Shown here: positions 8,647-16,942 of the stretch, piece after piece
How the letters are laid out: each line of letters starts with the position of its first letter
Numbering within the stretch: position 1 is the first letter of the stretch
NCBI GenBank assembly: GCA_000402815.1
Contig: AQSA01000011.1
Location: 1 to 59,199 of the forward strand
From: Candidatus Neomarinimicrobium atlanticum
GTDB taxonomy: Bacteria > Fidelibacterota > Marinisomatia > Marinisomatales > Marinisomataceae
Direction: 5' to 3'
DNA length: 59,199 bases
Position numbers and translations under genes: made by a program
The notes under the pieces: generated by a model
Told to the model about the DNA's origin: nothing
Seen by the model: the letters and a program-made list of their open reading frames with translations, nothing else
Database searches by the model: none

Positions 8647-11360
8647 TAATGCGCCTCATACCAAGATGGACCAAAGCCACAATCAATTTCAATTGGGACA
8701 TCTAACTCAATTGCATTTTTCATATTTTTTAATACCATTTCTGATATATAATCTACTTCATCTTTATGAACCTCTAAAAGCAATTCATCATGAACTTGTA
8801 AAATCAATTTTGATTTTAAATTATTGTCTTTCAAATCTTTATATATTTTAATCATTGCAATCTTAATCATTTCAGCTGCCGTTCCTTGAATAGGCATATT
8901 AATAGCCATTCGCTCTGCAGCGTCTCTTCTAATCTTATTTTGACTATCTGAATCCCAGACAGCTCTCTTTCTTCCTAAAAGTGTTTGTACAGACTTCTCT
9001 GACTTAATGAGTAGTTTAGATTTTGCGATATAATCCTCTATGCCTTTATATTTATTAAAGTAAGCATCTTTTATTTTCTTAGCTTCTCCAAATGGAACAT
9101 CTAGCTCCTGACTTAGTCGAAATGGACCTGCGCCATACATAATTCCAAAATTTACTATTTTGGCAGTACGTCGCATCTCAGGCAATACATCTTCATCCTT
9201 ATCTATACTAAAAATATTCTTTGCTGTAAATGTATGAATATCTTCTCCGTTGTTTAAAGCCTGAATGAGTGCTTCATCTTGACTCAAATGTGCCATAACT
9301 CGCAATTCAACTTGGGAATAGTCTGCAGAAAAAATTTGGTAATCTGATGATTGAGCTCTAATAGCTTTCCTCACATCTTTTCCATCTTCTGTCCTTATAG
9401 GAATATTCTGAAAATTTGGACTACTTGAAGAAAGTCTACCAGTAGCCGTCATAGTTTGATTAAATGAAGAGTGTACTCGATTAGATATTGAATTAATGTT
9501 AGTGGGTATTGGGTCAAGATACGTATTTTTTAATTTAAATAATTTTCTATACTCCAAAACTAATTTTGGAAGCTCATGCTTATGTTTAAGTTCTGATAAA
9601 ACAGCCTCTGCTGTAGATCGTTTTTTAATCATGGGTAATTCTAATTTATCAAACAGTATCTGAGCAAGTTGTTGAGAAGAATTCACATTAAAATCTTGGT
9701 CCGCTAATTTTATAATTTCATTATGAAGGGCATCAATTTTTATACCAATTTCATCGGAACGTATTGCAAGGTAGTCTTTATCAACGAAAATTCCATTAAA
9801 CTGCATATCGATTAAAACAGGTAGCAAATCAATTTCAATTGCCATGAAATAATTATATAATTTTTGAGTTTTTAATTCTTTGAGAAAAATTTCAGTTAAT
9901 TCCATAACGACATCGGCGTCTTCAGCGGCATAAAAGGATATATCTTCTAAGGTAACTTGGTCCATTGTTATCTGATTTTTACCTGATCCAATTAAATCTT
10001 TTATAGGAACCATCTTATAGTTTAAATGAGATATAGAAAGATTATCTAACTTATATGACCTAGCATTTGGGCTAATCAAATGTGCAGCAATCATAGTATC
10101 AAAAGCAATCCCATCTAGATTGATACCATATCGCTTCATTATTAGTGCATCATATTTAATATTTTGACCTGTCTTAGGGATATCTGGGTTCTCCAATATA
10201 GGTTTTAGGATGTCAATAGCGGTCTGAAGGTCATCATCGCCAAATAAATTATCTTTCTTATCTTTGAAGCGTATTGGAACATATACTCCTGTATCTTTTT
10301 TCATAGAAAAACTAAATCCTACAATTTCTGCAACCATAGGATTAATTGATGTAGTTTCAAGATCAACAGATAGCCATTCGTTTTCTTTCACTGAGCTAAC
10401 AAAGGATGTCAATTGATCTATGGTTATAAGATTACTATAACTTTTTTCTCGTTTTACCGACTCAATATTTATTGATTCATTTGAACCAATTTTTTTGAGC
10501 AATCCCGAGAATTCTAATTCTTTAAAAATATCTTCCAGCTTACTAGAATCCATTTCTTTCTTCTCGAAATCATTGATAGTAGCATCAATTTTTACATCTG
10601 TTAGAATGGTTACTAATTGCTTACTTAATAAAGCATTGTCTTTACTATTTAATAGTTTTTCTCTCATTTTTTCATTGCTAATATTATCGATCTCTTCATA
10701 AATATTTTCAATAGATCCAAAATCTTGAATTAATTTTTTAGCTGTTTTAGGACCTACTCCTTGAACACCAGGAACATTATCTGAACTATCTCCCATCAAA
10801 CCTAATAAATCAATGATGTGCTCAGGACCAACTCCCCACTTTTCTAACACTTTTTTCTTATCAAAAATTTCTTTTGCGCGCTTTCTTGCTTGAGGAGCAT
10901 ATAGGAATGTTTTATCATTAATTAGTTGCATAAAATCTTTGTCACCACTTACAATATTGCACTGGAGATTTTCTTTATCACACATTTTTGCAACCGTTCC
11001 AATAATATCATCCGCCTCTACCCCACCCACTCTTAACATTGGGATATTCATTGCCTCCAGAAGTTCCCATAAATATGGAAGTTGTGTTTGTATTTCATCA
11101 GGCATTTCAGATCGATTTGCCTTATAGTCTGTGTAAAGTTCATGTCTAAAGTTTTTACCTTTAGAATCAAAAGCTGCGACAAGATAATCTGGCTTTTCAT
11201 CTTCAATTAATTGAAATACTTGATTGGCAAATCCAAAAACAGCACTAGTCGGTGTACCAGCAGTATTTGTTAGTGGATTTCTGATCAGAGCATAGTGCGC
11301 TCTGTATAAAGTGGCATAGCCATCAATAATGAATAATCTTTTTTGTTGTTTAGAACTCAT
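8646..11360 (-). CDS. polA: DNA polymerase I
   Basis: 5'-3' exonuclease (IDG, EADDIIGT, GVGPKTA), 3'-5' exonuclease (DLET, QNIKYD, YAAEDAD) and polymerase motifs (ADYSQVELR, RRTAKIVNFGIMYG, QVHDE). Confidence 0.98.
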   Translation of the reverse strand: MSSKQQKRLFIIDGYATLYRAHYALIRNPLTNTAGTPTSAVFGFANQVFQLIEDEKPDYLVAAFDSKGKNFRHELYTDYKANRSEMPDEIQTQLPYLWELLEAMNIPMLRVGGVEADDIIGTVAKMCDKENLQCNIVSGDKDFMQLINDKTFLYAPQARKRAKEIFDKKKVLEKWGVGPEHIIDLLGLMGDSSDNVPGVQGVGPKTAKKLIQDFGSIENIYEEIDNISNEKMREKLLNSKDNALLSKQLVTILTDVKIDATINDFEKKEMDSSKLEDIFKELEFSGLLKKIGSNESINIESVKREKSYSNLITIDQLTSFVSSVKENEWLSVDLETTSINPMVAEIVGFSFSMKKDTGVYVPIRFKDKKDNLFGDDDLQTAIDILKPILENPDIPKTGQNIKYDALIMKRYGINLDGIAFDTMIAAHLISPNARSYKLDNLSISHLNYKMVPIKDLIGSGKNQITMDQVTLEDISFYAAEDADVVMELTEIFLKELKTQKLYNYFMAIEIDLLPVLIDMQFNGIFVDKDYLAIRSDEIGIKIDALHNEIIKLADQDFNVNSSQQLAQILFDKLELPMIKKRSTAEAVLSELKHKHELPKLVLEYRKLFKLKNTYLDPIPTNINSISNRVHSSFNQTMTATGRLSSSSPNFQNIPIRTEDGKDVRKAIRAQSSDYQIFSADYSQVELRVMAHLSQDEALIQALNNGEDIHTFTAKNIFSIDKDEDVLPEMRRTAKIVNFGIMYGAGPFRLSQELDVPFGEAKKIKDAYFNKYKGIEDYIAKSKLLIKSEKSVQTLLGRKRAVWDSDSQNKIRRDAAERMAINMPIQGTAAEMIKIAMIKIYKDLKDNNLKSKLILQVHDELLLEVHKDEVDYISEMVLKNMKNAIELDVPIEIDCGFGPSWYEAH

Positions 11361-11393
11361 AATTTAGCGGGTATTATAACCCGCTAAATTATG
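11358..11393. promoter_or_regulatory. Perfect 15-bp inverted repeat overlapping the polA start codon; loop is TATAAT on the minus strand
   Basis: cataatttagcgggt-attata-acccgctaaattatg. Confidence 0.75.
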
Positions 11394-11404
11394 AAAATAA
11401 GACG

Positions 11405-13972
11405 TTAGAAACTATATGTTAATGACATTCCAATTTCTCTTGGAGGTCCAAAAGATTTGTATAGCTTCTCTTCAAATGGAGGTTCTAAAGCAAAAATGAA
11501 TCCTCTATCTGCGTAACTTTCATCTAGGATATTCTTTGCGTAGAATCCTAAGTCAAATTGATTGATTGAATGAGTGTAATATGCATTCAATAAGTGATAT
11601 GGCTCTGATTCAAATTCATCATGCGCAGAATCAAATACAAAACTATCTTTTCCTGAAATTTCAACCATCAAGGAATTGTTTAAAGTGAAATCATAGTTAA
11701 ATGATAAGCTGTAATTCCAGTTTGGTGAATGTGCTTTTTTACCGTGCGCATGTCCTGCATGATCATCCTCATCTCCGTGATCGTCATGACCGTCATCTCC
11801 GTGATCATCATGATCATCATCTCCGTGGTCCTCATCATGGTCATCATCGCCGTGATCTTCATCATGGTCATCATCGCCATGTTCATCGCCATGTTCATCG
11901 CCATGTTCATCATGACCACCCAACTCAACTTCAGAACTCAATAATCCTAAAGTAGCGTTAATAGTAAATTTATCAGTTATTCTAAACTCACCCATTGTTT
12001 CAGAACCATATTCATAGCCTGAATCAGCATTCTTCTTAAAGAAAGCAAATGCATTAGGATTCATTGGATCTAACTGTTCACTTGTTTCATAAATATGACC
12101 ATCATGCTCTAAGTAAAACAAAGAAGTAGATAACTTCATATTATCTGTATACCATCTTACTCCAGTAGTAACATCATGATAAATTTCTGCATCATATGTT
12201 TTTTCATCTCCCTCTAAATAAGGATTCTGATTTATACCTGCAGGATGATATCCTCTAGCATAATAAGTAAACCAATGAAGATTTTGAGCTGGATGTAATT
12301 CATATGAAACTTTAAATGAATTATCGAAATCGCCATCAATTTCAAAGCTTGCGCTTCTATTATTGAAATCGTCATATAACATATCTCTCTTTTCTGATCT
12401 AAATCCAAAAGATAGTGTTGAATTGTTATCAAAATTAACTGCTAATTCACCATAAACAGACTTTGAAGTGATATCATAGCCAGAAGCTAAATCTGTTGCA
12501 GAACCTCCAAAAATATATCCTGCGCCATCAGTTTTTTCTTCATAGCTTGAATGATACATTCCAATCACATAGTCAAATCTATTATCATTGGCAGAATTTG
12601 ATCTCAATCTAAAATCAACAGTTCTTGTATCGATATCTCTATCAAAAGAATCAAAGAAGTCGTAAGTCCTTGCATCAAATTCAACATGTTCCTCGTCATG
12701 ATGATCGTCATCATGATCATCTCCATGGTCATCATCATGATCGTCATCTCCGTGATCATCTCCGTGATCATCATCACCATCATGGTCATCATGATCTTCA
12801 TAATCCAACCAGAAGTCATAATTTCCCCAATCAGAATCATAGCTGTGTAATGTTTCATTATTAGACATACCAATATTTAAGTCAATGAAACCTTCACCTA
12901 CATCATAGGTGTAGTCTGCTATAAAAATCTGCGATTTTTGACTGTCTTTTCCTGGATTATCTGAATAAGTAATATTATCAGTATTATTGTCTGGAGCCCA
13001 ATTATCATATCCATTATCAAAATCAGAAGAGATAATTGTATATTTTTGAGTAAGATTATTTTCATCTTTTAGAAGCTTTGCTCTAAATGAGGTTTCATCT
13101 CTATTTGCAGATGCATAATCTATGCCTGAAGCAATATTATCTTTATATCCATCTGATACATTAGAATGACCAACTAATCTTAATTTCCAACCATTATCAA
13201 GAGGTAGATTATAAACAAGTCCATTTGTGTAGGTATTGTATGAACCAAACTGGCTCAAAACATATCCTTCTTTTTTGTCTGTTGGATCTTGGGTTTTAAA
13301 ATTAATCAAACCAGAAGATGCTGATGCACCAAATAAACTAGTTTGGACACCCATTAGTACTTCTACTTGCTGCATATCAAAAAGAGGTGTAATCATACCT
13401 AATTCTGATAAGTCCATTCCATCCAGGACTAATCCAACATAAGTACTTGGAGGTCCTTGGTCAGCATATCGACTCACAGAGCCCTCTCCTCTTATTTGGA
13501 AATATCTTGGTCTAGATGTTCCACCTGCATAGTTCAAATTTGGAACTTGTTGAATCAAGTCTGAAAAGTGTTGTCCTTTTCTAACTTCAAGCTCATCATT
13601 GAAAATCATTGCTGAACTAGCCAAATCACCTTCATTGACCTTACGAAGCGATGAGTAAACTTTTACTTCATCAAAAGATAAAGCCTCTTTCACAAGCTTA
13701 AACATCATGGACTGATTTAATAGTCCATCAGCAGTTGCATTTTTGTATCCAATAACAGATACTTCAACTGTTCCATTACTGCTAACACTTAGGACAAATT
13801 TTCCATTGTCATCTGTACTGGTTCCAGCAATGCTTGTTCCACTATCATCAAGAACAGATACATTTGCATCCTTTAGAGGAAGACCTGTTTTTTTATCAAC
13901 GACTAACCCAGTAATTGTTGACTGAGCAAAAGTCATGCCGATAAATAGTAATGTTAATATAGTATTTTTCAT
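11405..13972 (-). CDS. TonB-dependent receptor with N-terminal CarboxypepD-like domain and two His/Asp-rich inserts (probable Zn/Ni/Co uptake)
   Basis: Signal peptide; TITGLVVDKKTGLPL; plug motifs IQQVPNL, FQIRG, QVEVLMG; C-terminal PPREIGMSLTYSF. Confidence 0.92.
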   Translation of the reverse strand: MKNTILTLLFIGMTFAQSTITGLVVDKKTGLPLKDANVSVLDDSGTSIAGTSTDDNGKFVLSVSSNGTVEVSVIGYKNATADGLLNQSMMFKLVKEALSFDEVKVYSSLRKVNEGDLASSAMIFNDELEVRKGQHFSDLIQQVPNLNYAGGTSRPRYFQIRGEGSVSRYADQGPPSTYVGLVLDGMDLSELGMITPLFDMQQVEVLMGVQTSLFGASASSGLINFKTQDPTDKKEGYVLSQFGSYNTYTNGLVYNLPLDNGWKLRLVGHSNVSDGYKDNIASGIDYASANRDETSFRAKLLKDENNLTQKYTIISSDFDNGYDNWAPDNNTDNITYSDNPGKDSQKSQIFIADYTYDVGEGFIDLNIGMSNNETLHSYDSDWGNYDFWLDYEDHDDHDGDDDHGDDHGDDDHDDDHGDDHDDDHHDEEHVEFDARTYDFFDSFDRDIDTRTVDFRLRSNSANDNRFDYVIGMYHSSYEEKTDGAGYIFGGSATDLASGYDITSKSVYGELAVNFDNNSTLSFGFRSEKRDMLYDDFNNRSASFEIDGDFDNSFKVSYELHPAQNLHWFTYYARGYHPAGINQNPYLEGDEKTYDAEIYHDVTTGVRWYTDNMKLSTSLFYLEHDGHIYETSEQLDPMNPNAFAFFKKNADSGYEYGSETMGEFRITDKFTINATLGLLSSEVELGGHDEHGDEHGDEHGDDDHDEDHGDDDHDEDHGDDDHDDHGDDGHDDHGDEDDHAGHAHGKKAHSPNWNYSLSFNYDFTLNNSLMVEISGKDSFVFDSAHDEFESEPYHLLNAYYTHSINQFDLGFYAKNILDESYADRGFIFALEPPFEEKLYKSFGPPREIGMSLTYSF
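11744..11920 (-). repeat. In-frame His/Asp tandem repeats (DEHG x3, EDHGDDDHD-type units)
   Basis: gccatgttcatc x3 at about 11877-11912 plus imperfect repeats; encodes HDEHGDEHGDEHGDDDHDEDHGDDDH...HAGHAH. Confidence 0.9.
12685..12802 (-). repeat. Second in-frame His/Asp repeat tract
   Basis: Encodes EDHDDHDGDDDHGDDHGDDDHDDDHGDDHDDDHHDEEH. Confidence 0.9.
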
Positions 13973-14005
13973 TTTTTTTCTCCTTAAAATGAATTTAATA
14001 AATTT

Positions 14006-14024
14006 GATACCCTTTCGAGGTATC
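14006..14024 (-). promoter_or_regulatory. GAAA-tetraloop hairpin between the leader ORF and the receptor RBS
   Basis: Minus strand GATACC(T)C-GAAA-GGGTATC; AAGGAG RBS at 13980-13985. Confidence 0.55.
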
Positions 14025-14051
14025 GATCAATTGAATATTTTACTTAGTAAT

Positions 14052-14348
14052 TTAAGCTTGAGGTGGAGACTTGTTCGAAATACTATAGATATTATTAAAT
14101 AAATACGATTTGTTCTCAAATAAAGTCGAATTAAAAGAGAAGCTATTTATAGCAATGGAAGCATTGTCTACAATAAGACTATTAACACTTAGATTACATA
14201 TATCACATTCATATGTGTCGGTGTTTACAGATTTAGTAGAATGTTCACGTAAATCATGACCCAATGAGTTTAAATCATGACTATGCACATGAATATTCAT
14301 GAAGAATATTCCAATTGTTAATATATATGAAATGTATTTATTCAGCAT
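14052..14348 (-). CDS. DUF2946/CruR-like leader protein (putative metal-responsive upstream ORF)
   Basis: N-terminal hydrophobic segment, HVHSH..H..H, CDIC, C-terminal NKSPPQA; lies 79 nt upstream of the TonB receptor on the same strand. Confidence 0.7.
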   Translation of the reverse strand: MLNKYISYILTIGIFFMNIHVHSHDLNSLGHDLREHSTKSVNTDTYECDICNLSVNSLIVDNASIAINSFSFNSTLFENKSYLFNNIYSISNKSPPQA

Positions 14349-14445
14349 TTTTTATATTGTCCTTCCGCTAGCATTATCTAGGTCAAGTTATAGGGTATTT
14401 TCTCAGCAATTGCACCCCTCTTAAAAAATTTGTAAGTTGGAATCT

Positions 14446-16287
14446 ATGAAACAAGAAATTACAATAAAAGCATTTTTTCTCAGTATAATCTTATCTATCG
14501 TTCTCTCGTCTGCTATGGCTTATTTGGGACTATATGCTGGAATGACAATTTCTGCTTCTATTCCTGCTGCAATTATGTCAATGGGAATCTTAAAATTATT
14601 TCGTGAGTCAAATATTCTTGAAAATAACATTGTACAAACCGCTGCATCAGCTGGAGAATCACTAGCAGCTGGGGTAATTTTTACGATTCCTGCCTTATTA
14701 TTAATTGGCTATTGGGATACAATTGATTACTGGGAAGTCACAAAAATTGCAATGGCTGGTGGAGTTCTAGGCGCACTCTTCACTGTACCATTGAGACGTG
14801 CATTAATTTTAAAAGCAAATTTACGTTTTCCCGAAGGGGTTGCAACGGCCGCAGTATTAAAAACTGGGCATGAATCAGATGCTAAAAAATCGAGTGAAAG
14901 CTTAAAATTAATTGGTTTTTCAGCTCTTATTGGCGGTATTGTTAAGCTTGGAGAATTGGCATTTGGAATTTGGTCTAGTGCTGTAGGTGGAGCAATAGCT
15001 ATTAGAGGCGCTATTTTTGGAATGGGAGCAAGTCTTTCTCCTTCTCTTATTAGTGTAGGGTATATCGTTGGTCGAAATATTGGAATACTAGCATTTTCTG
15101 GTGGATTAATTTCATGGGCAGTAGCGATACCTATTTATTCTTATTTATATGGCTTTGAAGGAGAATCATTATTTGAGGGAGCAAATATTATTTGGAATGC
15201 AAAAATACGTTATTTAGGTGTTGGTGCAATGGTAGTTGGTGGAATCTGGTCTGTTATCCAATTAGCAAAACCTCTTGTTGAAAGTATACAATTGAGCTTA
15301 AAAACATTAGGAGAAAGTGGCGATGATATTCCACTGGAAGAAAGAGATTTACCTGTTAACTATGTCTTTATGGCTATTTTGTTAATGCTAATTCCAATAT
15401 CATTTACATACTTTGATATTATTTCATCTTGGACTTCAGCAATAACACTATCTATTATTATGTGTGTATTTGGATTTTTATTTTCTGCTGTTGCAGCTTA
15501 TATGGCAGGAGTAGTTGGATCTTCAAATAACCCTATATCTGGTGTAACAATTGCTACAATACTTTTTAGCTCATTGCTAATTATTACTTTCTTTGATATT
15601 GATTCTTCTAAAGGAGCTGCTGCTGCTATTTTAATTGGCGCTGTAGTATGTTGCGCTGCTGCAATTGGTGGTGATAACTTACAAGATCTTAAAACCGGTA
15701 ATATTGTTGGAGCTACACCATGGAAACAACAAGTAATGCAGTTAGTTGGTGTTGTTAGTTCAGCTCTAACATTAGGAATTGTCTTAACGCTTCTACATGA
15801 AGCTTATGGTATAGGAAGCTCAGACTTACCTGCACCTCAAGCAGTATTGATGACTAGTGTAGCAAATGGTGTATTCTCCGGTAATCTAGAATGGGGCATG
15901 ATTTATGCTGGAGCAGTATTGGGTGTATTAATCATTATGCTCGATCAGTATCAATTAAAAAGGGGGGCAGAATTTAGAGTTCCTATACTAGCAGTAGCGA
16001 TTGGTATTTATCTTCCTATTGAATTAACTCTTCCAATTTTTGTTGGTGGAATGCTTAATCATTTTGCTGGAAAAACTGCTTCTGAAACAGGAAAAAATAA
16101 TGGTTTATTGCTAGCTTCAGGTTTAATTACAGGAGAAGCATTGATGGCTATATTTATTGCGATACCATTATTCTATGATAAAAATTTCTGGCCTGAATAT
16201 GCCTTACCAGCTCCTTATAATGACATCGTAGCATTAGCTCTAATATCAGCTATTATTGTTGGATTATATCGAGTAGCAAAAAAATAA
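14446..16287 (+). CDS. OPT-family (oligopeptide/YSL-like) transporter
   Basis: AYLGLYAGMTISASIPAA, ENNIVQTAASAGES, FPEGVATA, SNNPISG, DNLQDLKTG, APQA; ATG at 14446 preferred over TTG at 14437. Confidence 0.92.
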   Translation: MKQEITIKAFFLSIILSIVLSSAMAYLGLYAGMTISASIPAAIMSMGILKLFRESNILENNIVQTAASAGESLAAGVIFTIPALLLIGYWDTIDYWEVTKIAMAGGVLGALFTVPLRRALILKANLRFPEGVATAAVLKTGHESDAKKSSESLKLIGFSALIGGIVKLGELAFGIWSSAVGGAIAIRGAIFGMGASLSPSLISVGYIVGRNIGILAFSGGLISWAVAIPIYSYLYGFEGESLFEGANIIWNAKIRYLGVGAMVVGGIWSVIQLAKPLVESIQLSLKTLGESGDDIPLEERDLPVNYVFMAILLMLIPISFTYFDIISSWTSAITLSIIMCVFGFLFSAVAAYMAGVVGSSNNPISGVTIATILFSSLLIITFFDIDSSKGAAAAILIGAVVCCAAAIGGDNLQDLKTGNIVGATPWKQQVMQLVGVVSSALTLGIVLTLLHEAYGIGSSDLPAPQAVLMTSVANGVFSGNLEWGMIYAGAVLGVLIIMLDQYQLKRGAEFRVPILAVAIGIYLPIELTLPIFVGGMLNHFAGKTASETGKNNGLLLASGLITGEALMAIFIAIPLFYDKNFWPEYALPAPYNDIVALALISAIIVGLYRVAKK

Positions 16288-16291
16288 ACCA

Positions 16292-16942
16292 TTAGTGTCC
16301 AGATATAATAAAATCAATATCCTTCTTTTTTAGCTTCTCAGCATGCTTTTTAATAGAGTTATACGATTTAATATTACCGCTTCTGACGTAATAAATCATT
16401 TTTCCTCTATTCATGACCTGACTTACTTGAATATCTCTTAAGCCATCTTCCACTAAAGATTCTTTCAAAATTTCTGCGCTGTCCTTTTTGCTATAAGCAC
16501 CGAACTGTATAAACCATACTTTATTTTTATTTGTGATAGTTTTTGATTTTTTTGAAGATACTGATCTATTCAACTTTTTTTGATAGATCCTTAAAGAGTC
16601 TATTTGACCAGCAGCTGTTAGAGATTTAAAAAATAAATCCCTTGTATCCTCCGTTACTAAATATCCCGGTGCATCGAGATTAAACTCTCTAAATAAAGCT
16701 GAAGCAGAGATATATGAACCTATAGCATAATTGAGCTCCGCTTTCTTCAGTACTGATAACCAGTAATAATCGGACTTGCTATTTGATTGAATAATTTTGT
16801 CATAAATTTCAGAAGCTTTATCTGCATCGATAGTATTGATAGCTTCCTGATACAGAACTGCTGAATCTGTTGTTTGACTAAATAATATGTTTATAAAACA
16901 AACTAATATAAAAATCTTTTTAGTTAATATTTTCATTCTCAA
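16292..16942 (-). CDS. Exported TPR + SPOR-domain protein
   Basis: Signal peptide; C-terminal WFIQFGAYSKKDSAE...YYVRSG SPOR pattern. Confidence 0.75.
   Translation of the reverse strand: MRMKILTKKIFILVCFINILFSQTTDSAVLYQEAINTIDADKASEIYDKIIQSNSKSDYYWLSVLKKAELNYAIGSYISASALFREFNLDAPGYLVTEDTRDLFFKSLTAAGQIDSLRIYQKKLNRSVSSKKSKTITNKNKVWFIQFGAYSKKDSAEILKESLVEDGLRDIQVSQVMNRGKMIYYVRSGNIKSYNSIKKHAEKLKKKDIDFIISGH

Noticed and set aside
11744-12802. Tandem repeats as a CRISPR array
   Set aside because: In-frame coding repeats without unique spacers, and no cas genes
11680-12873. Met-rich and His/Arg-rich ORFs in other frames (11680-11928, 11701-11955, 11729-11944, 12604-12873, 12625-12864)
   Set aside because: Shadow frames of the GAT/CAT codon repeats in the receptor loops; no independent RBS or family signal
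14349-14445. Fur/Zur box upstream of the leader ORF
   Set aside because: Only a short GCAATTGC palindrome; I see no convincing match to Fur or Zur consensus
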